A stretch of 64,000 nt of DNA from an uncultured Christensenella sp. (GTDB lineage: Bacteria; Bacillota; Clostridia; Christensenellales; UBA1242): contig CASGDZ010000001.1 of NCBI GenBank assembly GCA_949300385.1, positions 6,152 through 70,151 on the forward strand, read 5' to 3'. A program made the position numbers and the translations under genes. Shown here piece by piece: positions 50,068 through 60,798 of this stretch (position 1 is its first letter; each line of letters starts with the position of its first letter). Below the pieces are notes generated by a model that did not search any database, was not told the DNA's origin, and saw only the letters and a program-made list of their open reading frames with translations.

Positions 50068-50998
50068 GGCAATAGATTCAACCATCATATTACCCGAAGC
50101 GAATTTGGACGCGCGAGTGATGAATGCTTGTGAGATAATAGTTAAGAGAAAATTATCTAAAATTATTGTTTTTGGTAAGTATAGCGACTTTCCTAGTTTA
50201 CTCAAAAATAGCGATTTATGCACAATTATTGATATTGAAAAATATAAAGACATAAATACACTGGCAAAAAGGTTATATCAATTAAGAAAACATAAAGGAA
50301 TGACTTTAGAACAAGCGCAAGAATTGATAAAAGAGCCAGCATATTTAGCATGTATGATGTTAAAATATAATTTAGCAGACGGAATGGTAGCAGGGGCAAA
50401 ATGGACTACTGCAAACACCCTAAGACCGGCATTGCAAATTATAAAAACTAAACCTAATAAGTCCGTAGTAACAGGCATTATGCTTATGTTAAAGCAAAGC
50501 AAGGAACCAAGAGTATTTGCAGATATTTCATTAAATGAAAATCCAACGAGTGAAGAGCTCAGTGAAATAGCAATTTCTAGTGCAGAGTTTATGCAAAATG
50601 TTGTAGGTATAGAGCCAAAAGTGGCGATGCTTAGTTATTCTACGCATGGAAGTGCAAAGAGCGATATGGTCGCTAAAGTACAAAATGCTACAAATTTAGC
50701 AAAACTTTCAAAATTTAATGTAGACGGAGAAATGCAGGCAGATAGTGCATTGAATCCCGCCACCGCAAAGAAGAAGGGAATAACGAGCGTTGTAGGTGGT
50801 CATGCAAATGTGCTAGTGTTCCCAGATTTAAATGCTGGCAATATAGGTTATAAACTTGTATCGTATTTTGGAGAATATCGCGCTATTGGTCCTATTATGC
50901 TGAACTTTAATAAACCAGTTAACGACCTAAGTCGTGGCTGTACAGTAGATGAAATAATAGATACTGTCTGCATAACCAAGATATTATCAAAAATATAG
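50033..50998 (+). CDS. pta: Phosphate acetyltransferase
   Basis: MLSYSTHGS, DGEMQAD, FPDLNAGNIGYK and NDLSRGC motifs. Confidence 0.95.
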   Translation: MKIIKELKRRAKAIDSTIILPEANLDARVMNACEIIVKRKLSKIIVFGKYSDFPSLLKNSDLCTIIDIEKYKDINTLAKRLYQLRKHKGMTLEQAQELIKEPAYLACMMLKYNLADGMVAGAKWTTANTLRPALQIIKTKPNKSVVTGIMLMLKQSKEPRVFADISLNENPTSEELSEIAISSAEFMQNVVGIEPKVAMLSYSTHGSAKSDMVAKVQNATNLAKLSKFNVDGEMQADSALNPATAKKKGITSVVGGHANVLVFPDLNAGNIGYKLVSYFGEYRAIGPIMLNFNKPVNDLSRGCTVDEIIDTVCITKILSKI

Positions 50999-51252
50999 AA
51001 TATAGAAGGATAATATATTTAATATATCGAAAATATAAAAAGTATATAAAAGTGATAATATAAAATATAAAGTTAAAAGTATATTATATTATTTCTATTA
51101 TTATAAATATTGACGATAGACAAAAATCTTTACAATCAAATCAATTATAAATTTAGCAAAACTAATACAATATAATTAAATTATATTTAAAATTGTTTTG
51201 CTTTTTTATTTAAATATCGTATAATATTCATTATAAATTTATAGGAGAAAAT

Positions 51253-52437
51253 ATGAAAGTTTTAGTAATTAATTCAGGCAGTAGTTCATTAAAAGCACAA
51301 TTAATGGAAACAGATAATGGCAAAGTTTTAGCAAAAGCGTATTGCCAGCGAATAGGTTTAGACAAGTCTTTTATGGAATATAAGACAAGTGAAAAACATG
51401 TTATCGAACATGATATGCCTAGCCATAAACAGGCCTTCCAACTTGTATTAGACACATTGACAGATAAAAAAATCGGTGTCATTTCTTCACTCGATGAGAT
51501 TAAAGCCATAGGACATAGAATGGTGAACTTCGGTGAGAAATATAATAAGTCTATTGTTGTTACAAAGGAAGTTTACGAAGATTTAAAAAATTATATTCAT
51601 TTTGCACCATTGCACAATCCGGCTGCACTTTTGGGTATCGGAATTTGTATGGAAATTATGCCAAAGATTAAAAATGTGGCAGTTTTTGACACGGCATTCC
51701 ATTCTACAATGCCAGAAAAAGCATACATGTATGCAATACCTTATGAATTTTATGAGAAAAACAAAATCCGTAGATATGGTGCGCATGGTACAAGTCATAG
51801 ATATATCGCTTTAAAGTGTGCTGAACTATTTGGCGATTTAAAAGGCAAGAAAATCATTTCATGCCATATTGGTAGCGGAAGCAGTGTATGTGCCATTAAA
51901 GACGGAAAATGTATAGACACATCTATGGGATATACGCCACTAGCAGGTCTTGTTATGGGTACACGCTCAGGAGATATTGACCCTAGCGTATTAAAAGACA
52001 TTATGGAAATAAAAAATATTGACATAAGTCAAGCAATTGACCTTTTGAACAAACAAAGTGGTCTTGCTGGAATTACTGGCGGATTGAGTGATTTAAGAGA
52101 TATAGATGAAAATCTTGATAAGCCGAGAGTAAAACTTGCTTTTGATATGTTAGTCTATTCTATTAAAAAATACATCGGATCATATGCCGCTGCAATGAAT
52201 GGAGTTGATTATATCATATTTACGGCAGGAGTGGGCGAGAACGACGCTTTAGTAAGAGAAGCAGTATGTAAAGACATGGAATATTTAGGTATTGACTTTG
52301 ATACAGAATTAAATATGAATGCACCTAGAGGAACTATACAAGAATTTACGAAAAAAGATAGTAAAACAAAAGTTTATCGTATTCCAACGGACGAAGAATA
52401 TATGATAGCAATGGATACTGCTAGTTTGATTAAATAA
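51253..52437 (+). CDS. ackA: Acetate kinase
   Basis: VINSGSSSLK, APLHNP, FDTAFH and FTAGVGEN motifs. Confidence 0.96.
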   Translation: MKVLVINSGSSSLKAQLMETDNGKVLAKAYCQRIGLDKSFMEYKTSEKHVIEHDMPSHKQAFQLVLDTLTDKKIGVISSLDEIKAIGHRMVNFGEKYNKSIVVTKEVYEDLKNYIHFAPLHNPAALLGIGICMEIMPKIKNVAVFDTAFHSTMPEKAYMYAIPYEFYEKNKIRRYGAHGTSHRYIALKCAELFGDLKGKKIISCHIGSGSSVCAIKDGKCIDTSMGYTPLAGLVMGTRSGDIDPSVLKDIMEIKNIDISQAIDLLNKQSGLAGITGGLSDLRDIDENLDKPRVKLAFDMLVYSIKKYIGSYAAAMNGVDYIIFTAGVGENDALVREAVCKDMEYLGIDFDTELNMNAPRGTIQEFTKKDSKTKVYRIPTDEEYMIAMDTASLIK

Positions 52438-52511
52438 TAAATATAACAACATTATTAATTTTAATAAAAAAAGAGAGTTAATGGTTTAATCATGCTCTCT
52501 TTTTAAATCAT

Positions 52512-52892
52512 TTAGATTTCACTTTTTATAAAATTTCGTCTAAATTGATTATCTAATGTATACTTTACAGATAAGCAAGATGCTCTTAAATTAAACAATT
52601 TATTTAGACATGAATTAATGCTTGATCTATCCTTTAATTCGTTATCGTTGTCAATAATAGCATAATATATGTCGTTATTTTCTTTTCTAATTCGTTTAAC
52701 AAGCGAAAGAATAGAACTACATTCTGGGCTTATTACATAGACTGAATCTTTAGCACGCGACAAAATTCCTTCTGCTTCGTCTCGAATTTCTGAATAAACA
52801 TCGGACAATTCTTGTTCAACATCGTCTATTTGTATTTTTTCTATTTTTACATCTTTATCTTTTGTAATTAATTTTGAAATTAATGTTTTCAT
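52512..52892 (-). CDS. Hypothetical protein
   Basis: 126 aa, GAGGT RBS, TTGACA-17-TAGAAT promoter. Confidence 0.65.
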   Translation of the reverse strand: MKTLISKLITKDKDVKIEKIQIDDVEQELSDVYSEIRDEAEGILSRAKDSVYVISPECSSILSLVKRIRKENNDIYYAIIDNDNELKDRSSINSCLNKLFNLRASCLSVKYTLDNQFRRNFIKSEI

Positions 52893-53086
52893 ATTTTACC
52901 TCACACGCGTATTCTATCACAAATATCTAATTTGTCAATACAAATTTTAAAATCTAGTTGACAAATAAATTTAATTGTGATAAAATCTTTTCATATTTTG
53001 TCGAGTGTTCGTTTGATTTGGTCAAAAAGACTATTATTTATTACTAAAATTAGAATTACGAGCACGAATAATTATGGAGGTATAAA

Positions 53087-53278
53087 ATGGCAGTTCCAAA
53101 AGGTAAAGTGTCAAAATCACGCCGTGATAAGCGTCGTGCAAACTGGAAAGCATCTGTTCCAACATTAGTTGAATGTCCACATTGCCACGAGAAAAAGGTG
53201 GCTCACCAAGTATGTAAGAATTGTGGTTATTATGATGGAGCAGAAGTTATTTCACAAGAAAAGAAAGAAAATAAATAA
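53087..53278 (+). CDS. rpmF: 50S ribosomal protein L32
   Basis: MAVPK...CPHC...HQVCKNCGYY. Confidence 0.96.
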   Translation: MAVPKGKVSKSRRDKRRANWKASVPTLVECPHCHEKKVAHQVCKNCGYYDGAEVISQEKKENK

Positions 53279-53641
53279 TTTAATTAAATTGGCGAGTTTA
53301 ACTCGTCTTTTTTTTACCAAATCATAAAACAATCATTTTATTAATAACAAAATTCGAATAGTTGTTAATATATTTATATATTATAAACATATATAAAATA
53401 TTACAATTTATATAAACTTATTTAATTGAAATAACATTTACATAATATTTGTAAATTATATCAAGTCAATCAAAATTAAAAAATTTATTCAATAAACTGC
53501 AAAATATTAAATTAAATATATAAATCAATTAATTATGTAAAAATTTTCTAATTTTGTCTTAAATCTTAAATATGCGAAAATCTTTTTACATTTTTTTCCT
53601 ATTATTGTATAATATTATTATAAACTGATAATGGGAGAATT

Positions 53642-54652
53642 ATGATGAAAATAGTAGTAGATGCTTTTGGTGGGGATTATGCACCTAGCGAAATAGTAGC
53701 GGGCACAATAAAAGCACTTCAAGCAAATCAAGATTTAAATATTGTTTTGGTTGGAGATAAGGATAAAATTACGGAGTTATTGCAACAATTAGTCTTTGTC
53801 AGTGATAGATTAGAGATAGTGCACGCACCTGATGTTATCGGCATGGACGAAGTGCCTACTATCGCGATTAGGACAAAGAAAACTTCAAGTATTGTAGTCG
53901 CTTACGATTATTTAAAGCAAAATGACGATGCTGTTGCTCTAGTTAGTGCGGGCAGTACAGGTGCTACATTGACAGGTGCGGTACTGAAATTGGGTAGAAT
54001 ACCAAACATTAGCAGACCGGCGCTCGCTCCAATTTTACCTACAGTTAATGATAGGGGTGTAATGCTTCTAGATTGTGGTGCAAACGCTGATTGTAAATCT
54101 GAAAACTTATTAGACTTTGCAATAATGGGTGCTGAGTACATGAAAGCCATGGGAGTCAAAAAACCACGAATTGGTTTACTCAATATTGGCACAGAAGAAG
54201 AAAAAGGCAACGAAATGGTTAAGCGCGCACATGAGTTAATTAAATCTTCTAAACTAAATTTTGTTGGAAATATTGAGGCGCGTGATGTATTAAGAGGCAA
54301 TGTAGATGTTGTTGTATGCGACGGATTTTCAGGAAATGTTTGTTTAAAAACTATAGAAGGTACTGCGGAAATTTTGTTTGGGGAATTAAAGGATATTACA
54401 CATTCTTCTTTAAAAGCAAAATTGGGCGCATTAATGCTTAAGAAAAATCTATATGGTTTAAAAAAGAAATATGACTATAAAAAAGTTGGTGGAGCGCCAC
54501 TTCTTGGTGTAAATAAAATTGTTATAAAATGCCATGGAAATAGTAAAGCAGATAACATCGCTTCATCAATAGAACAAGCATATACTTTGGCTAAAAACAA
54601 ACTAGTTGAAAAGGTAAAAAAACAAGTAGAGAAAGAAGAGAATGAAAAATAA
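53642..54652 (+). CDS. plsX: Phosphate acyltransferase PlsX
   Basis: DAFGGDYAP, SAGSTGA, LDCGAN and DGFSGN motifs. Confidence 0.96.
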   Translation: MMKIVVDAFGGDYAPSEIVAGTIKALQANQDLNIVLVGDKDKITELLQQLVFVSDRLEIVHAPDVIGMDEVPTIAIRTKKTSSIVVAYDYLKQNDDAVALVSAGSTGATLTGAVLKLGRIPNISRPALAPILPTVNDRGVMLLDCGANADCKSENLLDFAIMGAEYMKAMGVKKPRIGLLNIGTEEEKGNEMVKRAHELIKSSKLNFVGNIEARDVLRGNVDVVVCDGFSGNVCLKTIEGTAEILFGELKDITHSSLKAKLGALMLKKNLYGLKKKYDYKKVGGAPLLGVNKIVIKCHGNSKADNIASSIEQAYTLAKNKLVEKVKKQVEKEENEK

Positions 54653-55298
54653 TTTTATTCAACTTTTTGAAAAATGTGATGATGAATTGAAAGCTTTAGC
54701 GTTCACTCATTCTTCATATGCACATGACAAAAACATTATGAGCAATGAGAGAATAGAGTTTTTAGGCGATAGTGTATTGTCAACTATTGTCAGCGATTAT
54801 CTATATAAACATGCGAAAGCACCTGAAGGGAAAATGAGTAAGATTAGGGCGAGTCTAGTCTGTACTGAAAATTTAAGTGAACTTGCAAAATCACTAAAAA
54901 TAGAAGATAGAATAAAGTTAGGTAAAAGTTTTAAATCGCACGATATATCAAACGCAATACTTGCAGATACAATTGAAAGTATGATTGGCGTAATGTATTT
55001 ATCCTTTGGATTATCTTCAATATCTAGTGCAGTATTGGACGCATTAGATGTAAAAAACAAACTAAAAGCAGGCTTTAAACCCGCGGACTTTAAAAGTGAA
55101 CTTCAAGAATTAATACAAGATAAAAAGCAAAAATTAGTTTATACTACAGAGAAATACGAGACAAAGGGCGGACAAGAAAATTTCCGCGCTACAGTATTTA
55201 TCAATGGAGAATTTATCGCTTATGGTCAGGGCTCAACAAAACGCGAAGCAGAGCAAAACGCCGCGCATTTGGCACTTGATAAATTGCAAAATAAATGA
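54642..55298 (+). CDS. rnc: Ribonuclease III
   Basis: NERIEFLGDSVL and a C-terminal dsRBD. Confidence 0.94.
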   Translation: MKNNFIQLFEKCDDELKALAFTHSSYAHDKNIMSNERIEFLGDSVLSTIVSDYLYKHAKAPEGKMSKIRASLVCTENLSELAKSLKIEDRIKLGKSFKSHDISNAILADTIESMIGVMYLSFGLSSISSAVLDALDVKNKLKAGFKPADFKSELQELIQDKKQKLVYTTEKYETKGGQENFRATVFINGEFIAYGQGSTKREAEQNAAHLALDKLQNK

Positions 55299-55356
55299 TA
55301 TAATTATATTTGACAAAACATATAAATTTTTATAACATGAAAAAGGGTAGGTAATT

Positions 55357-55890
55357 ATGGAAGATAAAGATCTATTTTCACAGATTCTAGATAGTGATGA
55401 ACAAATCATAAAAACATTTCGTCCGCTCAGAAGTAGAGCATATGTTTCAACAATATTTAGTATTTTGTTTATGACAATCATTTTAGTAATATGGTTTGTG
55501 GCAGTATTTTATGACACGACGGCTGGTGTGATTGCTTGGATTGTACCTATATTTATTGAATTGATATATATTATTTTTTCAATAATTTTTATCGAATTAT
55601 GGTGCAACAAAACTGTGTATGCCGTTACTAACAAACGCGTTTTAATTAGGACGGGTTATATTGGAGTAGATTATAAAAGCCTCAATTATGATATGTTAGG
55701 GGCAATGACTGTAAATGTTAATTGGATTGATAAATTGACAGGAAAAGATACTGGTACTATCTCATTTGGCAGTATGTCTAGTCCATTAACTTCACAAGGT
55801 GTGGCTAAATTTATGTTCCAATATATCAAAGCACCATATGAAATTAATCGCGAAGTAAAAGCGATAATTGACTCAAATAAGAAAAATTAA
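55357..55890 (+). CDS. Membrane protein with a bacterial PH domain
   Basis: Two TM segments followed by YAVTNKRVLIRTG. Confidence 0.75.
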   Translation: MEDKDLFSQILDSDEQIIKTFRPLRSRAYVSTIFSILFMTIILVIWFVAVFYDTTAGVIAWIVPIFIELIYIIFSIIFIELWCNKTVYAVTNKRVLIRTGYIGVDYKSLNYDMLGAMTVNVNWIDKLTGKDTGTISFGSMSSPLTSQGVAKFMFQYIKAPYEINREVKAIIDSNKKN

Positions 55891-55949
55891 TTTGACATTT
55901 TTTACATTTTATTTTATAATATAACTATAATTTAATTGAAGGAGTAAAT

Positions 55950-56147
55950 ATGCTATTTGAACCACCTATTGATTTATTAGTAAGCATCGCAGGTTGCAGA
56001 TATGCGGTTGCTGTTATTGTGGGCGCTCGTGCTAAAGATTTGGAAAATAAAATCCCTGCACTTTTAAACGGAAGTGCTAACCTTGCTATTGATTATGCTG
56101 CGGGCGAATTAGTTAGAGGCGAGGTTATAGGCGTTCAATCTAAATAA
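55950..56147 (+). CDS. rpoZ: RNA polymerase omega subunit
   Basis: P.IDLL....RY......ARA..L pattern; directly upstream of priA. Confidence 0.85.
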   Translation: MLFEPPIDLLVSIAGCRYAVAVIVGARAKDLENKIPALLNGSANLAIDYAAGELVRGEVIGVQSK

Positions 56148-58321
56148 TGTATGCACAAGTAATTGTCGATATATCAAACGATGCTCTTGATAGAGTGTTT
56201 GACTATATCGCGCTACCTGATACAGAAGTTGGTATGCGAGTGCGTGTGCCATTTGCAAATCGTACGATATTGGGTTATGTTATTAAACTCAGTGAAACGA
56301 CTGACTTCGATGAGACTAAAATTAAGCCTATTATTAAAAATCTAGAGAGTGTCCCTAAATTGAAGCCCGAAATTTTAGAGGTTTGTAGATTTTTGTGCGG
56401 ACGCTTTTTTTTGCGTTTGTCGGATGCGATTAAGTTAGTTTTGCCTTCATGCGTTAGATTGGATAAATCTAAGGAGCAATATTCTTCATATGTTCGACCA
56501 CTTTTAGATATTGATACTGCTATCAATATAATAGGCAAACGCGCAAAATCTCAATTATCAGTTGTTGCATTTTTATGTGAGCAAGGAGAATCGGATTATA
56601 CAAAACTATGCGAAATGTTTTCGCGCTCAAGTGTTAACGCGCTGATAGATAAAGGTATTATAGAACGCACATATACTAGAAAATTGCGTTCGCCAGAGAG
56701 TAGCGAAGCGAGTGTAGAGAAAAATGTTTTAACCGATTTACAACAAAAAGCGGTTGATACAATTGCAAATAATGATGATATATTTTTATTAAAAGGCGTT
56801 ACTGGTAGTGGTAAAACTGAAGTATATATGACCATTATTGAGAAGGCACTTTTACAAGGTAAAACTGCCATAATGTTAGTACCAGAAATATCGCTTACTC
56901 CACAGATGATGTCGCGATTTAATTCGCGTTTTCCGTCATTGGTTGCAGTTTTACATAGCGGACTAAGTGAGGGAGAAAGGTATGATGAATGGGATAGAAT
57001 TTTTACAGGTCAAGCACGCGTCGTTCTAGGCGCAAGATCTGCGATTTTTGCCCCTGTCGAAAACTTAGGTGTTATCGTTATAGATGAAGAGCATGATAGT
57101 TCATACACAAGCGAAACAAACCCTAGATATTTTACACATGATGTCGCTCAGTTTAGAGCAAGGTATAATCATTGTCCGCTGATTTTAGGGAGTGCAACGC
57201 CTAGTATTGAAAGTTATAAAAAGGCAATGGATGGCGTTTATAAATTAGTCGAACTACCCGAGCGTATAAACAATATTGCAATGCCTAAAATCGAAATTGT
57301 AGATATGTTGTCCGAATTAATGGAAGGCAACACATCTCCATATAGTAAAAAACTAATTGCGAAATTAGATGAATGTATTGCAAATAAAAAGCAAGCAATT
57401 TTGTTTATAAACAGGCGCGGTTTTGCTTCGTTTGTACTTTGCCGTGAATGCGGATATAGGGCTAAATGCGACGATTGCGAAGTGAGTTTGGTGTACCATA
57501 AAGAAGATAATGAATTAAAATGTCATTTTTGTGGTAAGCGTTATCGCGCACTCACAAATTGTCCGAACTGCCATAGCACAAATATAAAATATGGTGCTTT
57601 GGGGACAGAACGCGTTTGCGAAGATTTAAAAAAGATGTTTAATGTATCAATTTTTAGAATGGATAATGACACGACGCGTGTTAAAAATGGACATAAGCAT
57701 ATATTAGAGCAATTTGCGAATACAACACCAAGCATATTAGTAGGAACGCAGATGATAGCAAAAGGTCATGACTATCCAAATGTGGCGTTTGTTGGAATAC
57801 TCGATGCAGATGTGAGTTTATACAATAGCGATTATAAGTCGAACGAACGCACATTCCAACTGGTTACTCAAGTTTCTGGCAGAGCGGGAAGAAAAAATGG
57901 CGATGGATCGGTCGTATTACAGACATATGCTCCTAAACATTATGTCTATCGATTTGCAAAAAATTATGATTATAACTCATTCTATGAAAAGGAAATTAAT
58001 TTGCGCGAGACAACTAAATTTCCACCATTTAGTACCATTTTACGAATTTTAATCAGTAGCGTAAGCGATAATAGGGCAAAAGAAGTAACTAAATTACTAT
58101 ATGATAAGGCGCAAACAATAAAAGAAAAATACGGCAAGGATATTTTCTTCCTACAAGCGATGCCAGCGCCCGTAAAGCGAATACAAACAAAATATCGCTA
58201 TCAAATCTTGACTAGATATAGTCCATGTGATAAAATAACTAGCGATTTCTTTAGTATTTGTGATATAATAGAGAAAGATGTTTCAATTTTTGTTGAAATA
58301 AATCCAAATAATTTGAGGTAG
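56147..58321 (+). CDS. priA: Primosomal protein N'
   Basis: GVTGSGKTEVY, DEEH, Cys cluster and GTQMIAKG motifs. Confidence 0.97.
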   Translation: MYAQVIVDISNDALDRVFDYIALPDTEVGMRVRVPFANRTILGYVIKLSETTDFDETKIKPIIKNLESVPKLKPEILEVCRFLCGRFFLRLSDAIKLVLPSCVRLDKSKEQYSSYVRPLLDIDTAINIIGKRAKSQLSVVAFLCEQGESDYTKLCEMFSRSSVNALIDKGIIERTYTRKLRSPESSEASVEKNVLTDLQQKAVDTIANNDDIFLLKGVTGSGKTEVYMTIIEKALLQGKTAIMLVPEISLTPQMMSRFNSRFPSLVAVLHSGLSEGERYDEWDRIFTGQARVVLGARSAIFAPVENLGVIVIDEEHDSSYTSETNPRYFTHDVAQFRARYNHCPLILGSATPSIESYKKAMDGVYKLVELPERINNIAMPKIEIVDMLSELMEGNTSPYSKKLIAKLDECIANKKQAILFINRRGFASFVLCRECGYRAKCDDCEVSLVYHKEDNELKCHFCGKRYRALTNCPNCHSTNIKYGALGTERVCEDLKKMFNVSIFRMDNDTTRVKNGHKHILEQFANTTPSILVGTQMIAKGHDYPNVAFVGILDADVSLYNSDYKSNERTFQLVTQVSGRAGRKNGDGSVVLQTYAPKHYVYRFAKNYDYNSFYEKEINLRETTKFPPFSTILRILISSVSDNRAKEVTKLLYDKAQTIKEKYGKDIFFLQAMPAPVKRIQTKYRYQILTRYSPCDKITSDFFSICDIIEKDVSIFVEINPNNLR

Positions 58322-58324
58322 AAT

Positions 58325-58795
58325 ATGGCAATAAGAGAAATTGTTAGACATACAGATAGTTTTATTCGAAAAAAGAGCAAACCAGTTAAAGTGTTTGATG
58401 AAAAATTGTGGGAACTATTAGACGACATGTGGGAGACTATGGAAGAGCGCGCAGGCGCAGGACTTAGTGCAGTACAAGTAGGAGTTTTAAAACGCGCTTT
58501 CATAATCAATATAAACAATATGCGAATCGAATTCATTAATCCGACAATTTTGCATACAAGCGGAAAACAATATAAAAAAGAAGGCTGTTTAAGTGTTACC
58601 GACCTTCCATTTGGCTATGTAGAGCGCCCTAAAAAAGTGACAATATCCGCTTATGATAGGTATGGCAATATGTTTAATCTAACTTGTGAAGATTGGACCG
58701 CGGTTTGCGTTTGTCATGAAAATGATCATTTAGACGGAATACTCTACATTGATAAATTATGTACTCCACCAAAAGGCATGGAAGAGGACGACTAA
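58325..58795 (+). CDS. def: Peptide deformylase
   Basis: GAGLSAVQVG, EGCLS and HENDH motifs. Confidence 0.95.
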   Translation: MAIREIVRHTDSFIRKKSKPVKVFDEKLWELLDDMWETMEERAGAGLSAVQVGVLKRAFIININNMRIEFINPTILHTSGKQYKKEGCLSVTDLPFGYVERPKKVTISAYDRYGNMFNLTCEDWTAVCVCHENDHLDGILYIDKLCTPPKGMEEDD

Positions 58796-59715
58796 TGAAA
58801 ATAATATTTTTCGGCACAAATGAATTCAGTACTACCATTTTAAAAGGTCTTATTGATGATAAACATGAAGTTGTAGCGGTCGTTTCGCAACCTGATAAAG
58901 TAAATTTAAGAAATAATAAGGTTAAATTTTCTTGCATTAAAGATTATTGTTTAAAAAATAATATTCCTATTTTACAATTTGAAAAAGTTAGTAGAGACGG
59001 GGAAGATATTTTAAAAAATTTGAACGCGGACATTTTTGTTACAGCAAGTTATGGTCAAATTTTAAAACAAAATATTTTAGACATTCCAAAATATGGAGTA
59101 GTAAATATTCATGCAAGTCTACTGCCAAAGTATAGAGGTTCGTCGCCAATTCAATGGGCAATTATGAATGGCGAAAAATCTACAGGCATAACAATTATGC
59201 GTACAGATATTGGATTAGATACAGGCGATATATACTTTTCGCGTGCGATTGATATTGAAAGAAACGATACTTCATCTAGTGTATTTAATAAACTTGCAAC
59301 ACTAGGTGTTGAATGCCTTCATGAGTTTTTTAAAAATTTTGATTATTATAAAGATAATCATTATAAGCAAGATGAAGATAAATCTAGTTATTATCCTATG
59401 ATAAGGAAAGAAGATTATAAATTAGATTTTAATCTTGACGCGGAAAGTTTATATAACAAAATTCGCGCATTAGAAAAATGCTATTTTATTTATAACTCAA
59501 CACGCTATATTGTAGGGTTTGCTGCCATTGAAGAGCAATCGGGTATGGCAGGCAAAATTTTATCATGCAATGGTAAGTCTGGGCTTATTATAGCATGCAA
59601 AGATAAAGCGTTAAAGATTGAGACTATTCAACCAGAAGGTAAACAAATGATGCAAGCAAAAGCATACATGAATTCTAATAAATTTAGATGTGGGGATATA
59701 ATTGAAAATACTTAG
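58795..59715 (+). CDS. fmt: Methionyl-tRNA formyltransferase
   Basis: MKIIFFGT and NIHASLLPKYRG; start coupled to the def stop (TAATG). Confidence 0.95.
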   Translation: MKIIFFGTNEFSTTILKGLIDDKHEVVAVVSQPDKVNLRNNKVKFSCIKDYCLKNNIPILQFEKVSRDGEDILKNLNADIFVTASYGQILKQNILDIPKYGVVNIHASLLPKYRGSSPIQWAIMNGEKSTGITIMRTDIGLDTGDIYFSRAIDIERNDTSSSVFNKLATLGVECLHEFFKNFDYYKDNHYKQDEDKSSYYPMIRKEDYKLDFNLDAESLYNKIRALEKCYFIYNSTRYIVGFAAIEEQSGMAGKILSCNGKSGLIIACKDKALKIETIQPEGKQMMQAKAYMNSNKFRCGDIIENT

Positions 59716-60718
59716 CGATTATTCATTAACTGAATTAGAAAATGAGTTGTCAAATTTTCCGCGATATCGTGCGAAACAAATTTTTGACACTATAAAACAA
59801 GGTAAAGATTATAAAGATATTGCATTACCAAATGGAATGAAAAGCGAGCTAAAGGAAAATTATATTTTAAAACCGCTCGAAATTTTTAAAACCCTAACGG
59901 GGAAAGACGGCACAAAAAAATATCTTTTAAAATTATATGATGACAATCTAATAGAGTGCGTTTTTTTACATCAGTCGTATGGCAATACAATATGTATGTC
60001 CACACAAGTCGGTTGCAGAATGGGATGTAAATTTTGCGCGTCTACACAAAATGGATTAATTCGAAATTTAACTGCAGGTGAAATGCTATCTACAATAGCA
60101 ATTGTAAATGCAGATAATGGTCGCTCAGTTGATAGAAATTTTACGAATATAGTTCTCATGGGTAGTGGTGAGCCATTTGATAATTACGATAATGTAGTAA
60201 AGTGGCTTTCTCTAATTACTGACGCACGCGGATTTAATGTGAGTGAGCGAAACATATCAATTTCAACTTGCGGATTAGTAGATAAAATAATTCAATTTGC
60301 TTCATTAAAATATAATATCACGCTATGCGTATCATTACATGCAACGACAGATGAGATTAGACGAACAATAATGCCTATAGCTAATAAATATACAATAAAA
60401 AAAATTGTTGATGCACTAAAATTATATGTACATGAAAATAATAGGCGAGTAGTATTTGAATATTGCTTAATAAAAGATAAAAATGATAGCGATGAAGACA
60501 TTAAAAGGTTAAAAAATATAACCTCAAATTTACTATGTCATGTAAATGTTATATGCTTAAATCCTAATGGTGGTAGCTTAAAAGCAACTACGCGTGATGA
60601 AGCAAAAATGTTTGTAGAAAAGCTTAATAAAATTGGTGTTTCTGCGACTCTTAGACGAAGTCAAGGGGAAGATATAGCAGGAGCGTGCGGAATGCTTAGA
60701 GCAAAATCTTTAAAATAA
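59702..60718 (+). CDS. rlmN: 23S rRNA m2A2503 / tRNA m2A37 methyltransferase
   Basis: STQVGCRMGCKFCAS, MGSGEP and DIAGACG motifs. Confidence 0.95.
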   Translation: MKILSDYSLTELENELSNFPRYRAKQIFDTIKQGKDYKDIALPNGMKSELKENYILKPLEIFKTLTGKDGTKKYLLKLYDDNLIECVFLHQSYGNTICMSTQVGCRMGCKFCASTQNGLIRNLTAGEMLSTIAIVNADNGRSVDRNFTNIVLMGSGEPFDNYDNVVKWLSLITDARGFNVSERNISISTCGLVDKIIQFASLKYNITLCVSLHATTDEIRRTIMPIANKYTIKKIVDALKLYVHENNRRVVFEYCLIKDKNDSDEDIKRLKNITSNLLCHVNVICLNPNGGSLKATTRDEAKMFVEKLNKIGVSATLRRSQGEDIAGACGMLRAKSLK

Positions 60719-60798
60719 AAAATAATTTTAAATAAAATTTCGTTTTATTAATTTTTTATTTTGCTATAATTATGATATAATATTATACGGAGTTAAAT

